Under the pieces are notes generated by a model. It did no database searches. It was not told where the DNA came from and saw only the letters and a program-made list of their open reading frames with translations. Below, one piece after another: positions 36,420 through 46,900 of a DNA stretch of 64,000 nucleotides. Each line of letters begins with the position of its first letter. The first letter of the stretch is position 1. The position numbers and the translations under genes are program-made. The stretch comes from Macrostomum lignano (lineage: Eukaryota): the NCBI GenBank assembly GCA_002269645.1, contig NIVC01000750.1:1-64000 (forward strand), given 5' to 3'.

Positions 36420-39400
36420 ATGCCGTCATCTGTGACTACTCAGCAGCAGCCGCTGCCGCCTCCCCTTCAACTGTTTGTGGTCGGCGCCAGTGGAGGCTCT
36501 GACGCTGCGTCCCACCAGCTGCAGCAGCGTCATCAACAGCAGCAGCATCTTCAGTTCACCTGGCAACAGGATTTCGGTAGCGGTATTGTCTATAGCCTTA
36601 CCGAACTCTTGCCAATACCGTTGCCATGCGGAATCGCAGTAGACGATCTGGTTCCGGTTCTGTCTAACCGGCACCAGCTGCCGGAGTTCACCTGGCCTCA
36701 GTTGCGTCAGTCGCTAACAGAATTTGTTGTTAAAAGTACAGCCAATTATTTTGATAAGATTTGCGAACAAAGGCGCGCTGCCGTTGGCGCCGTGGGCTTG
36801 GGCGGCGCCGCGGATTTAAACAACTGCGCTGAGCAGCTCTGTAGGGAGTTCCGGCTTGTTAAGGTAAATAGGGCTCTTAGTGATTAATTAGTTCTTGGAG
36901 TACTCAGTCAGACTGGTTATGATCTATTCTATCCTCTATTATATCCTTACCTGCATTCTATCCTCCATTATATCCTTACCTGCATTCTATATCCTCTATT
37001 ATATCCTTACCTGCATTCCATTCCCCAATTTATTCTATGTGCACCCTGGTGCACTTTAAGCGACATTGTCACACAACCGGCGAGAGGCCTTACTGCCCAT
37101 TCCACCGACTCCCCTGAGCAGGCACACAAGCGCGCGGATACGTACGCAGTCATACGCGCAGGCACACACTCACACAGGAGTGTACAGCGGGCCTAACTTT
37201 ATTTATCGTTAGGCATGTACACTTCACTGCGCCTTTGGGGTTGTTGGCCTCAAACTGGTCGTTAATTGCACAAGCAGGGCGAAGCCGAGATTCCAGTTTA
37301 GCCCATAGATTAATGCGACTGCTTTTGGAATCGAGCCTGGGCCCCTGGACTCCCTTCAACACCACAACCCGCACCCTCTCGCAGACCTATTCAACCCTGG
37401 TGCAAACTGCCGGTGTCCAAGCCGACCACGACGAGCCTGACTGCGGCGACTCCGCATCGGTGCTGTCGTCCTCGTTGGCGTCGAACTCCTCGCCGTCGCA
37501 CAACACGGCCAACAGCTTCGATTCGGTCAGCGGATGCGGCGGCAGCGCCGGCTCCGATGTTGAACGTTCAGAATTTCGTCGAGCCTATTTGCAATTGGTG
37601 AATTGTGCACCCAGCAAAGCTGCTAAACTGGTCAAGATTGAACGGGCTATGGCTAAACAGGTTGAAGATCTGCTGTCCAGCGCTGGCAGGGCTATGCGAG
37701 AGTTGTCAGCTAAACAGCAGGCTGTGATGGAGGAGGCGGTGGCTCAGAGTGGCCACAGATACACCGGTGAGAGCTGAGCTTTATTTAGTGTGTTTTATAG
37801 GTTGTCTCTCGAGCAATCTTCCCTAGAGCATTATTCTCTAGATCTACTAATAAAATCAATTTATCCATCCATCCATCAAGGGGGGCCGTAGCCCAGCGGT
37901 AGCGCAGCTGCTCTGGTGTGCCAGCGACCCAGGCTCGATTCCAAGTGCAGTCACATTAATTTGGGGCTGAATTGGAATCTCGGCTTGGCTCTGCTCGTGC
38001 AATTAACGGCCTTGAGAGCCAACCCCCCAAGGCGCAGTGAAGTGTACATGCCTAACGATAATATAAAGTTAGGGCCGCTGTACACTCCTGTGTGAGTGTG
38101 TGCCTGCGTACGTATCCGCGCGCTTGTATGCCTGCTCAGGGGAGTCGGCGGAATGGGCAGTAATGCCTCTCGCCGGTTGTGTGCCTATGTCGCTTAAAGT
38201 GCGCCAGGGTGCACACAACCCCCCTGCCTCTAAAAAAAAAAAAAAATCCCACAAAATCATAACAGTTTTTATGCAATATTCAGTTAGAATCGCGATACTT
38301 AATAACGCGCGTGGGATCCCCTCGCACACAGGGGAAGCTGCTGCCAAGCCTTTTCAAGGGCATGACGCAGCTCCGCAACATTCTGCTGTGGTGGATTTTC
38401 GTTTCGAAAGCAGAATTTTAGAAAGTCCCAGACATGCTCGATGAAAAAAATTCATCGATCGCTTAGAGGGTGGAACTTTTGTCTGATTACTGAGTGTATG
38501 TCAATATGTGATCGATTTCAGAAAAACAGCTCAACCGATTTTCTTGAAAATTGCACCATTCGATCAGATATTTTCCCGTGACAGTACGTGCTGTGGCTAA
38601 GAAATTGCTCTATCCCAAAATGATTAAATATTCGGAAAAAACATGCTTTTTGCAAAGGTCAGCAGACTTTTCGACTTGAAATGTGTTGTGATCATTGTAG
38701 AGCAAATACTGAAAGTCTGAACTCTGATTCTTATAAAGATTTCATCACAACAGACTTTATATATCGTCACTTTACTTTCTGAATCGTGACTCCGACTTGA
38801 TTTGAGTTGATTTGAGAAAAAAGTATGGGAAGCATAGCACAAGACTTGGTTTAGATTGCGTAACCAAATTGTTACGTTTAATGGAGACTGATACTTGCTG
38901 ACTGACTACATCAGAAGAAATCTACATGCAGCAGCAACTTTACTTGTGATAGTTTGCATCTGGCATCAGGTTGAGACGACATGCAAAAATCTGTCTTGGA
39001 AACTGCAAACTCATATTTAAACATCGATCCAGGCACAGGGACACTGTGAACTATTGTGGCTCATGGGAGGATTACTGAAATGTCAAGACTCGTGAGGGGA
39101 TTGCTGAAATGCTGTGGCTCATAAAGAGAAGAGGTTGCTGAGATGCCAAAGGGTCAATTGGGAGTTGTTGGTAGGCCAAGCATCAAAGGGAGAGTTAGGG
39201 TTAAGTCGTGGCTTAAAGGGAGCCTTTGGTGAGAAAGCTTGCATGAGGGGTAATGCTTTTTTGCTTAAAACATTTTCTTTAAGACACTAACAATCATGTA
39301 GATCATGTAGTAATTGTTGAAATTTTTGGTTCATGCGGGTTGCTCAGATGCTTTGAGCCAAAGCTCATAGAGGATCTGATATCTCTCATAGAGGCTAGAC

Positions 39401-42400
39401 ATATTTTTGATAGCTTGGCTTTCAGGGCAGATACTTTTTGATTTAAAAATAATTTTCCCTAAAAACTTAACAATGGTGACTGTACATAACCTAAATATTT
39501 ACATGTAGTTTATTCAAACATTTTTATTTCTATCTTTGTTGACTCCCCAACAGGGGCGCCGATTATAGTTAGCCTAGGCGTGTTAAAACAGGGTGTAACG
39601 CACGGCAGCCCGCCCGCTGCAATCAATCATATATGGCTGACTTCAATAAATAAAAAACTGCATATAAGTATCTAGTTAATGCTATTACAACTTGTATATT
39701 TCGAAAGCAAAGCTTAGTACTGCTTAATATTGCTTAGTACAGTTACTATTTTTTCGATTCACAAAACAAAGTTTTGGCCATAGACAATTTCTTAGATTTC
39801 ATTCTTTCTTTCTCTAAAGTGCTGGTGCACAAATGTAGTAGCTCCGCCCCACACCCCCGCAATGGGGTTCCGCGCCCCTTGACCCCGCTGTCTTTTGACT
39901 TTGCCATAGACATTTTTAGCGCGGGCCGTGAAACCGACTGAATGCATTGGAGTAAATGGGATTTTACCATAGACAGTCTCAGCGGGCCGTGAAACCGACT
40001 GAATGCATTGGAGTAAATGGGATTTTACCATAGACAGTCTCAGCGGGCCGTGAAACCGACTGAATGCATTGGAGTAAATGAGATTTTACCATAGACAGTC
40101 TCAGCGGGCCGTGAAACCGACTGAATGCATTGGAGTAAATGGGATTTTACCATAGACAGTCTCAGCGGGCCGTGAAACCGACTGAATGCATTGGAGTAAA
40201 TGAGATTTTACCATAGACAGTCTCAGCGGGCCGTGAAACCGACTGAATGCATTGGAGTAAATGGGATTTTACCATAGACAGTCTCAGCGGGCCGTGAAAC
40301 CGACTGAATGCATTGGAGTAAATGAGATTTTACCATAGACAGTCTCAGCGGGCCATGAAACCGACTGAATGCATTGGAGTAAATGAGATTTTACCCCATA
40401 GACAGTCTCAGCGGGCCATGAAACCGACTGAATGCATTGGAGTAAATGAGATTTTACCATAGACAGTCTCAGCGGGCCGTGAAACCGACTGAATGCATTG
40501 GAGTAAATGAGATTTTACCATAGACAGTCTCAGCGGGCCATGAAACCGACTGAATGCATTGGAGTAAATGAGATTTTACCCCATAGACAGTCTCAGCGGG
40601 CCATGAAACCGACTGAATGCATTGGAGTAAATGAGATTTTACCATAGACAGTCTCAGCGGGCCATGAAACCGACTGAATGCATTGGAGTAAATGAGATTT
40701 TACCCCATAGACAGTCTCAGCGGGCCATGAAACCGACTGAATGCATTGGAGTAAATGAGATTTTACCATAGTCAGTCTCAGCGGGCCATGAAACCGACTG
40801 AATGCATTGGAGTAAATGAGATTTTACCATAGACAGTCTCAGCGGGCCATGAAACCGACTGAATGCATTGGAGTAAATGAGATTTTACCCCATAGACAGT
40901 CTCAGCGGGCCATGAAACCGACTGAATGCATTGGAGTAAATGAGATTTTACCATAGACAGTCTCAGCGGGCCATGAAACCGACTGAATGCATTGGATTAA
41001 ATGAGATTTTACCATAGACAGTCTCAGCGGGCCATGAAACCGACTGAATGCATTGGAGTAAATGAGATTTTACCCCATAGACAGTCTCAGCGGGCCATGA
41101 AATGAACGCTAACTACTGTATGACACTAATATGGATATTGGTATATTGCTGGTATTGTCTAAAAACGAGTATCAATGCAGATGACATTTCAAGGTGATCA
41201 GAGCATGCGTCTCTTACCTGTTCTCCCTAACAGACGAGGACATCAACCGTCTGAACGCTCAGCACGTGTCCAATTTAACTGGCGAAGCGCAGCGTTGGCG
41301 CAAGGAGCTGGTAATGCTGAAAGACCGACAGAAGGCCGCCCATCGTCAGCTGGTATTGTGCCAATTGAACAGCCTAGCGGCGCTGGATTCGCGCCTCCTG
41401 CCAGCTGCCGAACCTGTCGCCAACCCGTCCGGCCCAGATGCTGGCGCGGAGTCGTCTACGCCGGCTGATGGCGACGCCAAGCTGTCCGAACTGAGCGGCG
41501 AAGCTGGCATTAACGTCACAGAAGATCCCAACGAGTCTTATCGCAATCCGATAGCCTGGGAGGAAAGCTTCACTATTAGCGTTGGCACTCAATTAAAGAC
41601 GCAGCATAATTTGCGCTTATTAAGCGCAGATTTGAGACGATTGTTGAGTCCAAATTCTGCGGCTGATCGACTGCAGACCGCATTGAGTCTGTACTCTGAC
41701 TCGCTATCCGCCTTCGTGCTCTTGTCTAGCCGCGATCAGGTTAGCGATTGGCACCTCTTCAGGGTTTCTTTCACAAGCTGGAGACTTCACATCCTTGCCA
41801 AGTCCAGCTGATCACTCTTTCACAAGCTGGAGACTTCACATCCTTGCCAAGTCCAGCTGATCACTCTTTCACAAGCTGGAGACTTCACATCCTTGAGCAC
41901 ACCAGCTGATCACCCTTTCACAAGCTGGAGACTTCACATCCTTGACTTGATCCTTGACTTCATATCCTGACTAATTTCTATATTACCAACTTGCTTTCAC
42001 CCGAACTGATTGATTTTTTAAGGCCTGCAATCCGCACGTGTCGGCTTCTCTGAAATTCAGCGATCTGTGCGAACGGAGCGCCGATTTTCACTTCGACGAC
42101 TATGGCCGCCAAATGGAGTCGATATGGCGGCGGATTAATGGTGGGTTTGTTTTTCTTAGCCAATGGCAATGTGCCCGATCATATATAGTCACTTGGTCAC
42201 CTATCTAGTCACTTGGTCACCTTTCTAGTCACTTGGTCACCTATCTAGTCACTCGGTCACCTATCTAGTCACTCGGTCACCTATCTAGTCACTCGGTCAC
42301 CTATCTAGTCACTTGGTCTCCTATCTAGTCACTTGGTCTCCTATCTAGTCACTTGGTCTCCTATCTAGTTACTTGGTCACCTATCTAGTCACTTGGTCTC

Positions 42401-43147
42401 CTATCTAGTCACTTGGTCTCCTATCTAGTTACTTGGTCACCTATCTAGTCACTCGGTCACCTATCTAGTCACCCGGTCACCTATCTAGTGACTATTTAGT
42501 CACTCACTCGCTCACATATTCACTCACTCTGTCACCTATCTAGTCACTCACTAAGTCATTTATCTAGTCGGTATCAGTTAACCATCTAATCACTCGCTTA
42601 AATCACTCCCAAATCGAGCAACCTACTTATCTACCTATCTACTCATCCAACCGCTCATTCCACAGAGGCCAACCCAGCTGCAAGCAGCGGCGGTAGCAAC
42701 AGCGCCTCAGCAATTGGCAAGCCATCTGTTGGCGACGTGTTCATCACGCGTCACTCAAATTTAAACGGCGCTCAATTAGTGTTCCATCTCATTACCGAAT
42801 CGGGCGATTGTCCCGAATTGACCTCGCAGCATCCGGTCATTGCTCAAGGCCTCAGGCGTATAGTCCGCACCGCTCTGGTTCACGATGTTAATTGTTTAAC
42901 TCTGCCTCTGCTGCTGACTACTCAGCTAACCGAAGAGATGACCATCACCTGGTGTCAGAAACGTGCTGAGCTGGTGCTGAAAACCATCAAAGGTTTCTTA
43001 GTTGAGTACATCACCTGGCAGAGTCACCGAACGCCCAGATGTTTCCAGTTCCTGTTGCCAGCCGGCCTGTCAGAGTCGATGCTGCAGTCGTTTAGCAGCT
43101 GCATTCAGTCTATATTCAGTTTAAGCCATGTTGCTCTGATGAAATAA
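36420..43147 (+). CDS. FERRY3: C12orf4/FERRY3 homologue; join(36420..36863,37385..37766,41234..41739,42023..42140,42666..43147)
   Basis: EESFTISVGTQLKTQHNLRLL; FSDLCERSADFHFDDYGRQ; GDVFITRHSNL..VFHL..GLRRIVRTALVHDVNCLTLPLLL..EEMTITWCQKRAELVLKTIKGFLVE..QFLLP match the C12orf4 signature. Splice phases (0, 1, 0, 1) are consistent. The start codon is less certain. Confidence 0.9.
37039..37350 (-). mobile_element. SINE family 1 copy (5'-truncated) in FERRY3 intron 1
   Basis: Reverse complement of 37925-38220. Confidence 0.88.
37880..38246 (+). mobile_element. Full-length tRNA-derived SINE family 1 with poly(A) tail
   Basis: tRNA-like head gggggccgtagcccagcggt (A box) ...ggctcgattcc (B box), about 290-bp body, A15 tail. 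Four copies occur in the window. Confidence 0.9.
39905..41101. repeat. 61/63-bp tandem array (about 19 copies) in FERRY3 intron 2
   Basis: catagacagtctcagcgggccRtgaaaccgactgaatgcattggagtaaatgRgattttac, period 61 with a +2 variant. Confidence 0.96.
41766..41945. repeat. 49-bp repeat, about 3.5 copies, FERRY3 intron 3
   Basis: ctttcacaagctggagacttcacatccttg.., period 49. Confidence 0.9.
42185..42490. repeat. 20-bp minisatellite (ctatctagtcacttggtcac)n, FERRY3 intron 4
   Basis: Period of 20. Confidence 0.93.
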
Positions 43148-43574
43148 ACAATGTGCTCAGGAGCCAGCGGAGTCTGCGCTCATTGTGGGTCGTTGGCCCA
43201 ATAAAAATGATTTGAAAAGCCTCAATGTTTTGATAATATTTCCAAGCCCACTACATAAATCAATGGTACTTTCTGACAATGTCCAAAATTTTATTAAGTG
43301 ATAATTTATTCTAAAGAAAAATTGTGTAACTTTGCAATAATAAACTTTTGATTGTTTTTCTACGATAAGTACAATTATTCTTGGAGTACTCGTACTGTAC
43401 TACATAATTTGTTATCAATTTTTAAGATAAAGTGATTTTATTGATTATTATTGTGATTGTAATAAAATTATTGATAATAAATTTGTTTGATTGTGTTCTA
43501 ATTCATTATTTATGTGTAATATTTTTATTTTCTTTCTTTATTAAGGAATTGTACGTCACACTGCCCCAATTGGG

Positions 43575-43845
43575 CCAGATGTGCAACCGACAGCTCAGCC
43601 GCAGCTATTGCGTGGCGCATCTGAAGGCTGCGTACGGCTGTTCCTGCAGTCCAAGGACTGGAGGGTCGCCACACACAGCCTCAATTACCCCAGCTAATGC
43701 TGGCACCCATTTTACAGCTGGGTGAACTGAAGCAATGCAGAGTTAAGCGTCTTGCTCAAGGACACAAATTGTTCAGTGGGTCGAGAATCGAACCCCAACC
43801 TTTCAGTCGTGGGTCCGACTCTCTAACCACTAGGCTACAACCCCC
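43575..43845 (-). mobile_element. tRNA-derived SINE family 2
   Basis: Minus-strand head gggggttgtagcctagtggttagag (A box) ..ggttcgattc (B box). The core cccattttacagctgggtgaactgaagcaatgcagagttaag..cttgctcaaggacac is shared with 50480-50909 and 62120-62337. Confidence 0.88.
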
Positions 43846-43946
43846 TAAGTATATTAGAAATTTATAAATGATTAGGATACTCCCAGCTTCAGATGCACAT
43901 GCAAAAAACTAAGGATAACATTTATCAATCTGTTTGTATTTCATGC

Positions 43947-46900
43947 ATGTCTCTTCAACGAGTGACAGCTCTAACGATGGGCAGCCGCCATGTGTCGCTT
44001 CTCAGATCGACAATTCGACTGGCCTCATTTTTGCTATCTACTTCTCAGCGGCAGCATTTTTATCATTGCCTGTCTAGACCGCTGAATCTGTGTTCTCAAC
44101 TAACTACTCGACCGCTGGTTTCAGTAGTAGCCAGTTGCTATAGTAATAATAATAATAGTAACAGTACCAGGGTGGCTACAGACGGTGAGAAGCAGATTGA
44201 GTCGGCTTTGCGAACAGCTTTTCCCGGGACGCGTTCTGTCACGGTAGAGGATGTCAGTGGGGGCTGCGGTCAGATGTATCAGGTGGGTTATGCCCTGTGT
44301 TTTTAAAAATAAATTTCACTTTGTTGAAATTCGTTCAAGTTGTGGGCTAACGCAAATGTTTGAAGACAGGGGCCGTGTGCACCGTGCACGTTAAGCGATA
44401 TTGTTGCACAACCGGCGAGAGGCATTACTGCCCATTCCGCCGACTCCTCTGAGCAGGCACACACTCACAGGAGTGTACAGCGGCCCTAACTATATTCATC
44501 GTTAGGCATGTACACTTCACTGTGCCTTGGGGGTTGGCCCTCAAGCTGGGCGTTAATTGCACGAGCAGAGCCAAGCCGAGATTACAATATGTAGCCTTAA
44601 ATTAATGTGACTGCACTTGGAATCGAGCCTGGGCCGCTGGCACACCAGAGCGCCGCGCCAGACTACTGGGCTACGGCTCTCCTTGCTAGCGGAAGTAACT
44701 AGCAAAACTTCGACTTGAACTTTGACACGTGAAATTTCTAGCCAACGAATGCACTAGCCGCTAACCCATATCATACTTAGCAATATCAGAAGTGACAGTC
44801 GATTTTCAAAAAACTATAGCTAAATTAAAAAAACTGCATTCAGTCCATTCCGGCAAGTGTTTTTCGTGGGCTACCATTTGCTGGATCCATATTTATCCAA
44901 TCAGAATATGGCGTATCTCTGTGCTAGAATATCTGAGTATATTAGAGTGGAAATAGATCCCAGGACACTGGGCCAAACAGACGAGTTTTGAATTTCTTAG
45001 CTACCGTCAACACGAACAACTATAAGCGGCATGCTGTCCAGATCTACATTTAAATATGCTGTGCTGCTCTATTACATAATCGTTGCCCAATACGCGTTGT
45101 GCAATCAACAATGTCGCTTAAGCTACTCCTTCAAGGAGATCGATGGTTTTCTGTGCATTCGCCGTAAGTTCGTCCGCACCATCGACACCTGCACCAATCA
45201 TGCCGGCTGCTCAATGCTGTGCGCCAGAGACCGGCGCTGTCAGGCGTTCAGCCTGGCTGACGGTCCGTGCCAGCTGTTCGTGTTCGACAAGTGCAGCAAG
45301 TCGGTGAGGGACTGCGGCTGCTCCAGGAGAGGTCGGGTGTTTGTGAAGCAGCAGCCGGGACTCGAGGCGGGCGCGCTGTGTCCGTCTGGCTACGGAGACG
45401 ACCTGTGCGGAGTGAAGTACAAGCTGCACTCTTCCAAACTGATGGATTGGATGAAGAGTAGGCAGTTGTGCGAATCTGAAAGCGGTCTGGTAATTATGAC
45501 CGACGTAATGAATATCGCGGAAATGAATCATGTCGATTTATTGCACGAAAATTACAGCGTCGGAAGGTCATTCTGGTTGGGCGGTTGGCAGATTCCTGAC
45601 AGTCCTGAGCCCGCAGGTGGCTGGATCTGGGTGTCCTGCAATATCGCTTTGAATAGCGCGCTGTGGGCTGCTGGCGAGCCAAACAATAATTTGTGGGTCG
45701 AGAATTCGGTCTGTAGATACAAATCCAGTACCATGTTAAACGACTGCGGTGGAGCAGCAAAGCTGTCGGTTCTGTGTGAATGCGTATCTCCGTTTGATTG
45801 AACAAGCCTGCAACTGACCTTAATTGACGAGATGGTGTTTACTGTTACCTGCGATAAAATAGTTCGCTGTCCTCTTACCTCTATATTAGTACATTCTTTA
45901 ATTGGAATATTAAAGAGTCTCTTACTCTATTGTCGTGGAATTATCAGGTGTAAACTCGACGAAAACGCATCTGCTTAAAAGAACAGATCCGTCACTCAAA
46001 ATTTCTTTATTCAGGCAACGCCCTTAGCCAAGCCTATAATAATATTGACAGTCAACACCTGAATGAGAAATTGCTTTCAAAGAGGCTTGCAACAAAGTGC
46101 TAGTCTCTTTATTTCTGCTGGAAATGTTTTTTCTTTATTTTCCCAAATTGCATTACAAGTAGCTGGTGGCTAGGTTGTTTGGGCGTAAAAGTTTTTTGTT
46201 AATACAAAACTCGGTTACAAGGACTAGGTTGAAAATTCATAGCATCGAAAACTTTCAGCAAGACTTCATAAGGTCGAAATTTCACTACGTAGAAAACTAC
46301 TGCATGGTTCTTGTTATATTAAGTTTTTTTGACGTTGTAAAATTTCGACGTTGTGAAAGCCCCCCCCCCATTTTGTTACACAGTCAGCTAAGGATGATAA
46401 AATTAGATTCATGAAAGCAATGAGTCGAGCTGTGCCATTCTTATTATTTTAGGCACAGTATACATGCACGATCGACGTAGGATATAGGATTAATATATAT
46501 AGAATTCTAATTTTCTAAACGAAAGTCTTAATGAACATCAATAGAGTCGTAAGAAAGGCAAGATATACACTCAGCAACAGTCAAAACCGCCACCCTACCG
46601 AGAGAGGCGACTTCTCTCTCACCTCAACTGCAAGTGACGTAACTTGCGCCACGGTGTGATGCAGTGTACAGTGTCAGTGTCTTTCGACCAACGACTTTTT
46701 AATGTTGTTGACTATTATATATCCAATCAATAATAGTTTTTAATATCATTTCAACTTGGGACTAAAATTGCCTCAATAGTTTAGTAGCTAGCTACTTGGT
46801 TGCAAATTGATAGAATGAATGTTGGAGAAAGTTTTAACTTGTCGAAAATATTTGACAAACAAACGTCAATTCTTACAATCTACTTCAAGTGACTTTTCGT

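Noticed and set aside
37880-37945. tRNA genes at SINE heads (also 43780-43845 and 62270-62337)
   Set aside because: No complete cloverleaf; the heads continue into multi-copy SINE bodies.
39905-41101. CRISPR-like appearance of regular arrays (also 47413-48110 and 58573-61038)
   Set aside because: No unique spacers, no cas genes, and a eukaryotic context.
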